A stretch of 64,000 nucleotides of DNA, from assembly GCA_043228905.1 (NCBI GenBank), contig JBHGNT010000021.1, positions 4,526,001-4,590,000 on the forward strand, read 5' to 3'. Positions 1 to 12,200 of the stretch are shown piece by piece. The DNA comes from Azolla caroliniana. Its lineage: Eukaryota > Plantae > Polypodiophyta. How positions within the stretch are numbered: position 1 is the first letter of the stretch; each line of letters starts with the position of its first letter. The notes beneath the pieces were generated by a model. The model saw only the letters and a list, made by a program, of their open reading frames with translations, had not been told where the DNA came from and searched no databases. The translations under genes and the position numbers were made by a program.

Positions 1-204
1 GTTTGCCCTAAGTCATATATATACTTATATGACTTTGGGCTATTTACAACTGTAGCCACATGGGCCCATAGGAAACATATTCACGGATATGTCCCTGCAT
101 CCGGATCGCTCTCCGGGTACATTCGTCATCCGGTACCGAAACCGAAACCGGTACCGTCCCATCCGGATCCGACCATCCCATTCGAAGGGACCGTAATCCC
201 AACA
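1..204 (-). mobile_element. Partial Ty1/copia LTR (same LTR group as 9286-14623), inserted in a gypsy gag
   Basis: Similar to 9657-9897 (GCCCTAAGTCATAT hairpin; GGACCGTAATCCCAACA terminus at 204). Gypsy gag sequence resumes at 205. Confidence 0.85.
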
Positions 205-1245
205 CATCGTGCTAGGACTCCTCACCGGCGCCTTCCATCTCTCCGGTCTTATGCCGACACACGGGCTCGACTGCCGGAGTCACTGGAATCCGCGTGGAGG
301 GCTCGTCTCCGCTCTCGGCCTCCTCCTCGGCTGGTCTTTCTCCTCAAGTCGAGAGGGTGTCTCGCTCCACACCCTCTCATGTGGTACCATGGTACCGTTC
401 TTCGGCCTTTGCCTGGGCCATGTCCGCCTTGTTCAGAAGGCGGACTAGCTCTGAGTCTTCGAAATCTACCTGCTTGCCGAATCTCTCTTTTTCGTCGACC
501 ATCGCCTTCACAGCCTTGTACGCTTCCCGAACCAAGGCTTCGACATCGAGCTTCGCTGATCCTTGTTGCGTGCCCGCTCCTTGATATGATGACGCACTGT
601 CGCGTGTTACCTTCCCTTTACCTTTCGCGGACCGCTCCTCATCCAACCGTCGGCATACTCATTCGACTTCCGACCAGTCCTCGGTAAGGCCATTCGCTCC
701 GTCATCGTCTTTGAACTCAATTGCGATGGCCTCCCATTCCGCTTGGTCGATCGACTTAATGAACAATAGGACTTTGTCCAGCCCCACCAGTGTTTGATCC
801 TGCTTCGAGAGCCGGGCAAACCGCTGCTCGAACTCTTGGAACACCTTTGTTGCGCCCCGGTGGGTCTTCGCCGATGCAACCCACTAGTCGAAGTTGCGTC
901 ACCCCCAACTTTTCCGCCGTTCTCCGTATGCCTACAGGAGCGCCTCTTCGAAGGCCTCCCACGAACTATGAGCTTCTCAGAGCTCCTTCACTTCCGCGTG
1001 CATACGGATGATGACGACCCGACAGAAGAACTCCAGCCTCAACGTGCCTTGTCTATGTCTCGCACCTCCGTTTCCGCGTTGTAGGCTTCCAAGTAGAATG
1101 GGACTTTGTCCCCGTTGAAATGGCCGACTCTTTCGACCACTTGCTCAATAGCTTGCTGCGCCGCTTCCTGTCTCATCGTCACTCGTCCGAACTCCTTCAC
1201 CACTTCGGCCACCATCTCCGTGAAGTCTTCATCTTCCAACTTCAT
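205..1245 (-). pseudogene. gag: Disrupted gag of a Phygy-like gypsy element
   Basis: ORF pieces (IEQVVERVGHFNGDKVPFYLEAY; FQEFEQRFARL...DDDGANGL) align by eye with the gag at 15199-17394. ATG at 1245; internal stops. Confidence 0.8.
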
Positions 1246-1261
1246 CCTCCGTTGCCGCCCT

Positions 1262-1279
1262 TTCACGTCCGGTTCACCA
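1262..1279 (-). promoter_or_regulatory. tRNA-Trp primer-binding site
   Basis: Minus strand TGGTGAACCGGACGTGAA, 1 mismatch to the PBS at 38966; 4 nt from the LTR. Confidence 0.75.
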
Positions 1280-1283
1280 AAGA

Positions 1284-2048
1284 TGTCGTGGTAATCCGCG
1301 AGTATGTGTCGAAAGGGGCAAGACCACGGGGGTCTCGAACGAGGAAGGGATGGATGTCGGGAGACCGACCCTCTCCGGTCCCGATTGCACCGGCTGTGGC
1401 GCAAACCGGAACGACTCCGGATGCATACTGGAGGCTATCAAACACAAGAGAGGGAGAGAGAGAGAATACGTGCAACACCGACTCAACGCACACTACTTAT
1501 GTACAGGAAAGGAAAGAAGAAACTTCGAAGACACAGACACAGACATAGATGCACAAAACTTTATTATATATGTACAAGAGTAAGATACAACTCCAACTTC
1601 GAGCCGGACCAAGGTAGGTTAGGTTACAACAACAGTCTGCTGCCAAGCTGCCAATCGGGGAGCTCTGAAGCTCATCGCGCTGAGCGGGGTCTTGCACAGG
1701 AGACAGGGCAGAAGGCTAAACCCCTTTAGACATACGAGCTCCTAACCAGACTAAACCCTAAATAGACACGAAGAAGAAGACCTCAAAGAAACTCTAAAGT
1801 AAGAAGAAGAAGAACTAACACACCTTCGACCTAAGTGGTATACCCTCCTAACTCAAAATGGGCAACCCCTCTACAAGGGACCCCTCCCTTCCTTTTATAG
1901 CCCAAGGAGGGAGGGATGTTACAATGTGGGATAAATTCTCCCCCTTATTCTATACACCATTTATCTACTATACATGTGCACATGTTGCACACTACCGACT
2001 TGCCCATTCCATCCCGATTTCACACTAAAGCCAAAAATCTTCACGACA
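1284..2048 (-). mobile_element. 5' LTR of a Phygy-like gypsy element
   Basis: TGTCGTG at 1284, CTTCACGACA ending 2048, PBS adjacent, flanked by ACGT at 2049-2052. Confidence 0.85.
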
Positions 2049-2052
2049 ACGT

Positions 2053-2320
2053 CTTTCGAGTCGGTTTTCTTGTGCTCCCTTGATGTAACCCCAATAGCCT
2101 TGGCCGACAAGGTATTGGTGCATCTTGTACTCCAAGATGCGAAGTTGTTTCGGTCCAACTTCTCGCTAGGGAGAGCGCTCCCCATTTGAGTATTCATTGT
2201 CGATTAAGATTCCTTTCTTCTTTTCCTTCTCTCTCGAACACGAGCTATGTAGAGAGTAGTAATCATAGATTCTCAAAAGGTGTGTTCACACTTTGTATAT
2301 ATTGAGCTTGATTCTCAACA
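2053..2320 (-). mobile_element. Copia remnant: gag N-terminus plus LTR fragment
   Basis: MGSALPSEKLDRNNFASW copia-type gag start. 2270-2320 matches the TGTTGAGAATCAAGCTCAA LTR start seen at 35180 and 51361. Confidence 0.65.
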
Positions 2321-2677
2321 TTCTTGTTAGATTTGGAGTTACATTTCTCAAATTTGGCAAGTTTTATCATTGTGCTATTTGATGCCAAGAGAATTGGTGT
2401 TTGCACAATTCACACAGGTCGACCCAAAATTAGAGATCGAGATTGTTTTCCTATTTCTGAGGTATTGGGGGTTGCTTCACAATTGGGATACACACAATGC
2501 TTTTGTACTTGATGGTAGGCATGAACTTAAAGCATATCTATGAAAGTTGAAGTGAAAATGCTTTCTTCCATGGAGTGTTTGTCTTGCTTATTGGCAATTC
2601 AACATGTCCCACTCCATTCCTACACATTGTAAGTAGTGGTTTTCACACACATTTATTAGTATGATTGTGTGTTTTCA

Positions 2678-2680
<3 letters not shown>

Positions 2681-2721
<41 letters not shown>
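2681..2721 (+). repeat. (AG)n microsatellite
   Basis: About 20 AG units. Confidence 0.95.
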
Positions 2722-2723
<2 letters not shown>

Positions 2724-3484
2724 CAAATGATTGGAGAGAAGAAGGAGACAGAGAGGGGTAACACAACAACTTCGTAGGATGGAAGGGAAGTTGATTTGGC
2801 AAATTTCGCAACTATGTTCTATGGGGACGTTGTCCCAAGAGGAGACAGAGCTATGGCATCTAGTTTTACAACACTTGAGAGGGTTTTCCGTGCGTAGCAT
2901 TACTAATGAAGTAGGGAAGATAGCAAGGGTTGTATTATCATCTTGTTTTAATAACAAATATTGATTTACAAAAAGAAGAAGAAGGAGAAAGAGATGGAGA
3001 GAAGAAGGAGAAGGAGATGACGGTTATGGTGGGATAGGAGATCACTCCTCTTCTTGCTTCTCAACATTGCACTTGTACTCTTTTGAGGCACCCTTCATCG
3101 TCTTTCTCATCTTCTCTCGATGTGTACTATCTCATTTTCCCTTTGATGCTGAAAGCAAGCTCTTCCTTTTATTTTCTTTGGTTTTTCCAATGGGTATTTT
3201 CTTTTGTTCATATAAGAGACATTTGACACATGTAAACTTACATTTTCCGATTCTTGATATCTATAGGAAGAGTTTTCTTGTGCTTGGATAGTTTTTAAAT
3301 CTCTTAACCTTGCAATTGAATTCAAATTTACTTATTGATATTCTATCCATGGACTATGATAGTTGTCCATTACATCAATAATGACACGAATATGTAAAAC
3401 AAATTAGAAGAGATTGTTGATTTTGAAATAGATAAAATATTCACTTCAGAGGTGGTTTCCCATCGTGTGCCATTGACAACATGA

Positions 3485-4944
3485 TGTCGCGAAAACGCAC
3501 ATGCGTGTGCTACTCGAGTAGGATCTTGAACTAGGGAGGTTCCTCAGACTCAAAGGGAATGTGGACTCAAACTTGGGAGCTTAAAGTTGGAGAGAGCTCA
3601 AACTCGAAGGGAGCCTAGAGTCGAAAGGTCTTTAGGGTCAAAGGGAGCCCAAACTTGAAGGGGTGTAGTTTTTGTGTATATCAGCCTCAAATTCTTCATA
3701 TTATCTGAGTTATCAATCTGAGATACTTGTGTGGGTGTCTATCCAAGTGTTGAACCTACAACGATTCACTACACGCTTCTTACTGTGAATAGGAGGACAA
3801 ATTCTCCAAATAGGAGTGCCCTTCTCTCAAAATCGGCAAAACATAGCGTCTGTTGCAGAGAAGAAGACCAAATCTCTGAAGTAGATGTAAGTAAGTAGGT
3901 AGCTCCAAAGTCAAAAAAGTCGCCGAAGAAGAATAGCAAGAAGAAACCCTAAACTATCGAGTAAGACGATGAAGAAGAAGGAGAAGAAGAAAGAAGAGAA
4001 ACCCTCGTGAAGAAGACAGAAAATAAACATTGAAACCTCAAGTAGATTGACGAGAAGAAGAAGAAGAAGGAGAAGAGTAAGAGGCAAAACTCAAAAGTTC
4101 GAAGGAAAAGAAGAAACCCTAATGGTACACCTCAAACAACAAATAGACAACCAGAACTAGCCTTCTTCTCCTCTTTTTATAACGAAAAAAAGGCACCTAA
4201 TCCAGAATATATTGTCAAAGATCCAAACTTTGTACCCTTTTGAACCTAGTAAATAGCTCTAACCATTAGTGTATTCACCTTTATGTATCATGTATAATAA
4301 ATCCTTTTATATATACATATGTTTCTATGATGTGCCCCCCCTTTTTCCCACTTTTCTACCTTTGGCCACAGTGTCATGTAAACGCGCATGCGTGTGCTAC
4401 TTGAGCGGGACCACCAGAATCTTGGATCAGGGAGGATGCTAAAGTTAGGAGGACTCGAACAGTTAGGGCCAACAAAGGTCTAGGAGTTGAACCCTCAGAG
4501 CCTGGAGTCGTTAGAGTTGGCTAATACAAACTTGGTCATCTCAACATCTTTATGAAGAGTTTAAACACATGATTAATGTGGTGAGCATGAGTTTAAGAAA
4601 ATGGCATGGAATTAGGACCCTTTATAGAATAGAGTTTTACAAGTTTCAAAAGGGGTAGGGATTATAATGGTGGCAACCTCAAGTTGACCACGGGCTCAAG
4701 CAAGAGATAGATGTGAGAGGAGTGAAACTCCTGGTGTAGGTGAGTCATGTGGGTTGCCGAGACCATAACTACCTTCGACACCAACAATATCTCAAATCGG
4801 GGTAGAGTTCTCGTGCCACTCTGTCCTCCATATGAATGACTAGTGTGGTAGCTTGCCACCTCCTTGTTGCCTCCACACAAGTGTCAAAACCCTAGACAAA
4901 GAATAGTCGAAGAAGAAGAGGAAACAAAGAATACCCCAAACAAC
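3485..4944 (-). mobile_element. Degenerate gypsy LTR remnants (two LTR-end copies at about 3485 and 4372)
   Basis: TGTCGCGAAAACGCACATGCGTGTGCTAC and TGTCATGTAAACGCGCATGCGTGTGCTAC...GCGGGACCAC resemble each other and the LTR end at 54220. Far ends not defined. Confidence 0.5.
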
Positions 4945-5337
4945 TATTGGCATAAAAGGCCGACCCCTTCCAATTTGTATCCTAGTGTGAACTCATCTAA
5001 AGAGTTAGGGCTTAGTATATAAGCGATAACCTAACATTGTAACAATGAGTGCTCGATCATCTTGTAGAGTGAGTCTCTGAGAGAGAGAGAGAGTGAAAGA
5101 GCGAACTTAATATCAAAGCTTCCATTAAAGCTTAGGAGTGTATATTCTCTATTTATTCTCTTACCTCCCTCCTGTGATTGTTTGCTGAACACTACAACAG
5201 ATCCTCACACATACGTTTCCGCATACATTAGAAAATCAACTGTTATTAGCGTGATCCGCGGTTCGACTGCAACAAACAACAAGAAAAGCTGGAAGGAAAA
5301 AGACCAGATTAGTAAAATCTCACTTTCAAAGGAAAAC

Positions 5338-5583
5338 ATGACTTCGACATCCAGAATAGGAGTTGAAATCAGAAAATTCGATGGAAAAAACTTTGCCCTA
5401 TGGAAGAGATGATGGAAGATGTGCTGATCATCAGAAGACAAATCGAAGCCATTCGACACAGAGAAAAACCTGCCTCGAGGACAACTAAAGAGTGGAGAGC
5501 TACAGACGAAATCGCACGCTGCACCATCCGAATGCATCTTGCAGAAAACATCTACTTCTGCATGGCAAAAGAGATGACAACGT
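5338..5583 (+). pseudogene. gag: Copia A gag N-terminal part
   Basis: MTSTSRIGVEIRKFDGKNFALWK. Removing gypsy B and one ACGT rejoins the frame as EMTTFSLWEKLQAVYEKK at 18469. Confidence 0.8.
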
Positions 5584-6031
5584 TGTCATGAAGATCCGTC
5601 ACTACGCGCGGATCGTGAGGCGGAACCGCCGGGGTTCTGGACCAGAAGGATTTAGAGTCGATACAAGCTTTGGCGAGAAAGTACTTAAGATAGATTGGGA
5701 AAGAGAGAAGTTGAGATTACACGATTGAGAGAGATTGATTGAACTTTTAACTTTAGATTTAAGAAACAAGTTACACGATCAATTTGAAAACGAATTTCTT
5801 CCTCTTAATTTTCATAAAAAAAACCGTGTTTTTTCTCCTCCCCCTTCCTTCTTTTATAGATGCTCTCATGCATATGATGCATGTGAGGGTACAAGACATG
5901 CATAAATTGCATGTTTGCCATTTGGCGCTTATGTATTACATGTGGTGCATGATAACCATGTCACTCATTTTAGTTCTCATGTATGAGAATTTACATATAA
6001 AAGTACAATGATAGAAATATAATTTCAACTA

Positions 6032-6104
6032 AATAGCTTGGCTTAATGGTAAGCCAATTGACTCCTAACTTGGAGGTGCAAGGTTCGAATCCTTACTTGC
6101 CCTC
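6032..6104 (+). ncRNA. tRNA-like (Pol III A/B box) cassette inside gypsy LTR
   Basis: A box TGGCTTAATGG 6039-6049; B box GGTTCGAATCC 6082-6092; D-arm and T-arm pairing; poor acceptor stem. Confidence 0.6.
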
Positions 6105-6674
6105 CTTGTATATGTAAATATGTATATATATTTATATATTTATTTATCTAGTCGCCGGATGCCGTCGGATCACCGTTGCCGGATTGCCGCCGAATCACCG
6201 GCTCCATCGCCGGTCCGGTTTTGGTTGGCCAAAACCCTTTACGAGTAGCTAGCCCGCCTCCACTCTTAGTTCAAGTTACCTTGAACTCTCTATGCTCCAC
6301 ACATAGACACAAAGATAATATCTTTTGCTCCACCTTATATATGATGAGAGCTGTATTGGTCGTGCCTATATGGGATATCTCACAATTTTCTCCTTTCCTT
6401 TTACAAACTTTATACCCTCATATCTTGATATTTAGTTGTCCGTTTCTCGTGTAATAAAGTGCATTCGAAACCTCCATCATTTTGTACTTAGATATTAAAT
6501 ATATTTAAAATGTTATCTTCACAATTATTGTACTACGTGATTCATACTCGATTTCGTACGTTTTATAAGAATTTCACACTATTGCCGAAAATCTTCACGA
6601 CATCCACCCCCACCAAACCGCACGTCCTCCTGTACGTGCCAAGAAGAGAAGAAGTGAGATTTCGGCTACGATGA

Positions 6675-7640
6675 TCAATTAGATTCCTCCATGTCTTCAT
6701 TTTCATCCGGCCTATTATGTTCATCGTCGAGGTAATCGAGGTCAGGATCCTTGTCTTGTCTTTTCTTGAAAATCTTTACTCTTTTTCCCGCAATGGGTAC
6801 GACCAACCTTGATCCGTCTAGTTCCGCAAGGTGGTATGTGGCATTATCGTTGGCACTTGTCACCACATACGGCCCGAACCATCTTCTTGCGAACTTCCTT
6901 GTTGTACTATGTTGATTGTCAAGGGTGCTGTCATAAACCAAAACCCAATCCCCTTCTTCAATCTTCTTGGGACGAAGTCGATGCGTGTTGTCGAACTGAA
7001 CTTTGTTCTTTACTCGGGCTGCCTTCATCATCTTTCGCGCTTTTTCTAAATCTTCAGGTCTTCTTTCAAGTTGCCTTATCCGCATCGCTAATAACTCTTC
7101 TTGGCTCATCTCGTTCTCCCACGATATCGCTACCCATGAGGCGATCGTCCTTTCGATGGGCATAATCGGCTTTTGTCCATACATAAGCTCCGTCGGCATA
7201 TACCCTGTCACCGAGCTATGTGTCGTTCTATCGGCCCACAAGGCATAGGGTAATAATCGTGGCCAATTCCCGACTCGACCGTTGCATGCCCGTACGATGG
7301 CTTTAACGATAGGTCCATGCCCTCGCTCGATCTTCCCATTTGCTTCCGGATTGTAGGCAGTCGTGAGGGAGAGCTTCACGCCTAGTCTTTCGAAGAGCTC
7401 CGTCGCTTCGTGCGCGTCCAACTCCCCTCGGTCGGCCACTATCTTCCCTACACATCCATATCGGCAAACAACATCTTCAAGTAAAAATTTACAAACGGCT
7501 GAAGTCGTCTTATTTGTCAAGGCTCGTCCTTCCACTTGCTTTGTCAAGTCTTCCCTTGCGAGCGCTAAGTACTTCATTTGTCCCACTCCCATTGGCATCG
7601 AGACCAGATCCACCATCCATTTGAAGTGAATGGTGACCAT
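6675..7640 (-). pseudogene. pol: Gypsy B integrase (N-terminal zinc finger partly deleted)
   Basis: rve core (WMVDL...IVADRGE...NGKIER) and WFGPY motif; no chromodomain; about 139-bp deletion relative to the copy at 48483-49664. Confidence 0.9.
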
Positions 7641-7717
7641 GTTCCTCTATGACCTGCCCAAGCACTCTCGTGGAATTCGGTCATCAGCGTCTCTTGCTCT
7701 TCTTTCTTTACCACCAC

Positions 7718-9285
7718 TCAACGTCGTATTCCTGTCCTTCTTTTTGGATGTCGCCAAAGGAATCCTCGCTTCAAGAAGTATCGGTAAGCTTTCTTTCGGA
7801 TTCGTAGGGCCTCCTCCTTTGTCAACGAAGCATCTGTCGTCAATGTTCTTAGGAATCTACCGATGAGTAACCATTCTCCTTCGTACTCGTTCTCGTTGAA
7901 GGCGTGGAGGGTTTGCGTGTCCTGGTCTTCCGCGGACAATCGAGCCATCTTGAAGAAGTTGAGGGCGACATCTTCATCTTCCGAAACCATGTTACTTCCA
8001 TTTGAAAATCTTGCCCTCGACAGCATGTCAGCCATGGCGTTCTTCTTCCCTGCGATGTGACGGATCTCTGGGTTTAAAGACTTGATGTAGGCGATCCACC
8101 TTAGCATAGCAAGATCTGGGGTCGCACATCCCGAGACCATTCCAAGAATTGGGAGACAATCTGTCTCTATTATCACTTCTGACCCGATCAGGTAATCTAC
8201 GGTCACGTAAATTGGTTTCCCTTCGGCATAGTCGGCCTTCCTTAGTGCCGGAGCTTCAAGAAGAAGTTTCGTTAATCTTCGCATCGCATCTGTGTGCTCG
8301 TCTCGCCATTCGAACTTTATTCTTTTCTTTAGTAGTCCATATAACGGTTCGGCGACATGAGCGTAGTGAGGAATCCATATATGATAAAACGCGCACGCTC
8401 CAAGGAACCTTCGAACCTCCGTTTGGTTTTCGCATTCTTCTTTCATGTCTTGGATTGCGTTCACTTTGGATGGCGAGGGCTTCCGGCCGTATGCTCCACA
8501 CAAGTGACCTACCACCAAGATCTCCGGTTGCCCAAATGCGGATTTTTCTCCCGAAAATGTCAAATTCGCATCTTCGAGCCTTTGAAGCACCTTCTCGCAA
8601 TCTTTCATATGATCCGCAACGAACTTTCTACAACCTTCCTTATCTTTCGATTCATCTTTCTCCTCATCCGAACATCCTTTTATCGGAATATCATCCAAGA
8701 ATGGCATCGTGATGTCCGGAATGCAATCCTTCAAGACTTTATTCATGGCATTCACCATATGAGCCACGAAGTTCGTTGCGCCTTGGGGTAAGGTACACAT
8801 CCGCACAAGCCCGATCGGAGTCCTCATGGTTGTAATGTCCCGATTGTCGATCGCCAATTGGAATTGGTCATATCCAGAGTAGAGATCGCCAATGGAGTAG
8901 ATGGACCGGCCCGCAAACGCTTCGGCAAATTCGTCCACGCTCGGACCGATTCCGGCATTTCGAATTGTCACCTTGTTGACGGGTTGAAGATCTTGGATGA
9001 ATCACAATGATCCATTCTTCTTCGGCACCGTGAACCACCTATTGGAATAAGGAGCATTCGACGGTTCTAGAATTCCCATACTCAACTTCTCCTTGAAGAG
9101 CTCGATCAGCTTCGGAAGGTGTGCTCTCGGAACCGGTATCGGTTTCAAGTTCCAAGGCACATGAGGCACCGTGAAGATCACCATCGGCTCTATAACCTTT
9201 GGGTCGGCGCATCCGATTTCTCGTGGGAAGAATGCGAAAGCCTTCCCATGTCTCTCAAGCATATCGCGAAACATTCGGTCCTCTT
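7718..9285 (-). pseudogene. pol: Gypsy B reverse transcriptase/RNase H
   Basis: LPQG, PFLDD and ADMLSR motifs; CGA>TGA stop at 9002; 55-aa in-frame RNase H deletion near 8195. Confidence 0.9.
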
Positions 9286-12200
9286 TGTTGAGAATCGACG
9301 CTTCGATTCACCTTCACCACTCGGCCACAACCAAGTAATTGCGAATCAATGCAGTAGAAAATAGGAACCACAGAGAGGAACACACGAATACACAGGGATT
9401 AACGTGGAAAACCCTAGATGGGAAAAACCACGGGAGTACAAGACTCCAAACCAACACTATACAAAGAGAAGTATACAATGGCGAGATGCAAGGCGACGAC
9501 CTTGAGCTCGCTGTCCTCGCCACAGGCGGCGGAAATACACAGAGGCGTCGTCCTCTTCCTCTCTCACGCTCTATCTCTCTCTCTCTCTCTCACGGCTGCT
9601 CCCACTTCACTCCTCTTGAGTGGAAAAACAGAAAAATGATCAGCAACTCTAAAACAGTTTGCCCTAAGTCATATTTATACATATATGACTTTGGGGCTAT
9701 TTACAACTATAGCCTCAGGGGCCCATAGCAAACATATTCACGGATATGTCCCTGCATCCGGATCGCTCTCCGGGTACATTCGTCATCCGGCTCCGAAGCC
9801 GGGGTCTTCATCATCCGGTTCCGAAACCGAAACCGGGCTCGTCGGCATTCATCTCCGACATCCGACCATCCCATCCGAAGGGACTGTAATCCCAACAAAC
9901 TCCCCCTTCACTTCGGCATGGGATGTCTTTCCAATCCGATCCTCTTCCGGCATGCTTCCAGCTTGTCGGGTGTGAGCACCTTGGTCAGCATATCCGACCC
10001 GTTCTCGTCCGTGTGGATCTTTGTCAGCACGAACTCCTTGTCTTCTATCCTTTCCCGGATCCAGTGATATCTTCGCTGGATGTGCTTCGTCCGGGAGTGA
10101 TAGGCCGCGTTCTTCGCAAGGTGGATTGCACTCTGACTGTCGCAGTAGAGTCGGTACTCCTCCTGCCGGATACCGAGCTCTCTAATGAAGTCCTTCATCC
10201 ATATTATTTCCTTGCCGGCTTCAACAGCTGCCATGTACTCCGCCTCCGTGGTTGACAACGCAACCGTCTTCTACAGCCTCGACTGCCACAAAACGGCCCC
10301 CCCTGCATACGTCATCACATACCCTGATGTGGACCGGCTGGTATCTGCATCAGCCGACATATCCGAATCGGTGAAGCCGTCGAGTTCGGGCTTACCGGAG
10401 CCGAATCGGAGGCACACGTTTGCCGTGCCTTTCAGGTATCGGAGTATCCACTTGGCCGCGTTCCAATGCTCTTTGCCGGGATTGCTCATGTACCGGCTCA
10501 CCACTCCGACTGCATATCCTATGTCCGGTCTCGTACACACCATGGCGTACATCAAGCTCCCGACGGCTGAGGCATACGGCACTTTCATCATATCCTCCTT
10601 TTCAGCCTTTGTCTTGGGACTTTGCTTGCTGGACAGCTTGCAGTTTGCCGGGAGGGTCGATCCGACCGGTCTTGCTTCCGACATGTTGAACCGGTGAAGC
10701 ACCTTCGTCACGTACTTCTCCTGTGACAGCCACAACTGCTTCTTCTTCCGGTCCCGGATGATGTGCATCCCTAGTATTTGCCTCGCCGGACCCAGGTCCT
10801 TCATTGAGAAGGTTCGGTGCAGAGCCTTCTTCAGCATCCGTATCTTGACCTGGTCCCGTCCGACGATCAACATGTCATCCACGTACAGGAGGAGTATTAG
10901 AAAGTCTCCTCCTTCGAACTTCTTCACAAACACGCAGTGGTCGGACTGCGTTTTGAGGTACCCCTCGTCGGTCATGAAGGAGTCGAACTTCCGGTACCAT
11001 TGCCGGGGAGCCTGCTTCAGTCCGTAAAGGCTCTTCTTCAACCGGCATACCAGGTGCTCCTTCCCTTTCTTCTCGAATCCTTCCGGTTGCTGCATGTAGA
11101 TCTCTTCATCGAGGTCACCGTGAAGGAACGCCGTCTTCACGTCCATCTGTTCTACCTCGAGGTCCATGCTTGCCGCTATGCTCAGCACCGTCCGGATGGA
11201 GGTCATCTTCACTACCGGGGCAAATATCTCGTCGAAGTCGACGCCCTTCTTCTGCTGAAACCCCTTCACCACGATCCTGGCTTTGTATCTCGGGGGGTTT
11301 CCGGCATCTCCCGGTTTCAGCTTGAACACCCACTTGTTTCGAAGTGCCCGCTTTCCTTTCGGCAACTCCACAAGTTCATATGTGTGGTTCTCATGCAGGG
11401 AATCCATCTCGTCCTGCATGGCACTCAACCACCTGCGGCTCTGGGTGTCATGTTTTGCTTCTTCAAAGCTCTCCGGCTCCCCCTCGTCGGTTAGCAGCAC
11501 GTGCTCTGGTTCCGGAAATCTCCGGGGGGCCCTTCTCTCTCTTAGAGGATATCTCCGTTCCGGAGTTTCGGTAATCGGTTCTTCCGATTCTTCTTCATCC
11601 GAATCCATTTCGGGATCGGGGCCGGTTCCGGTATCATTTTCATCTTCTTCGGTCGGTTCGGTTTCTTCACCGTCTTCGGCCGGATCCTCGAGTGCTAACC
11701 GGTCCCTTGCCGGTCGGGACTGCTCCTCGTAGAGTTGATCCTCACCGGTCGACTTGGAGCTCTTCATCTTCTTCTCCGACTCCCAGTCGGCGAGTGTCTT
11801 GTCCTCCATGAAGATGATGTCTCGACTCCTGAATATCTTCTTGTCGACCGGGTCCCATACTCGGTAGCCGAACTCGTCGTCGCCGTAACCGAGGAATATG
11901 CATGGCGGGGTCTTTGGATCTAGCTTCCCTCTCCGGTCCTTTGCCACATGCACGTATGCGAGACACCCGAACACCTTCAGATGCCGGTAGGATACTTCCC
12001 TACCGGTCCACACTCTCTGCGGCGTGTCTCCGTCCAAAGGTACTGAGGGTGATCGGTTTATCACATATGTCGCCGTCGACATTGCCTCAGCCCAAAACCC
12101 CTTGGGTAATTTCGCATGCGCCAGCATACTCCGAACCCTCTCCATTATGGTCCGGTTCATCCTCTCGGCCAGCCCGTTCAGTTCCGGCGTCTTCGGCACA

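Noticed and set aside
2643-3325. Short ORFs as host gene exons
   Set aside because: Low-complexity GA-rich sequence with no motif or splice evidence.
6032-6104. Functional tRNA gene
   Set aside because: Acceptor and anticodon stems pair poorly, the anticodon differs between copies, and there is no adjacent terminator; kept only as tRNA-like.
5784-6454. Recurrent short ORFs in LTRs (MHMMHVRVQDMH..., HKDNIFCSTLY...) as genes
   Set aside because: They recur only because the LTR is repeated; starts and frames vary between copies.
10271-10273. TAG in copia C as programmed readthrough
   Set aside because: The sister element has CAG here and there is no CARYYA context; a simple C>T nonsense mutation.
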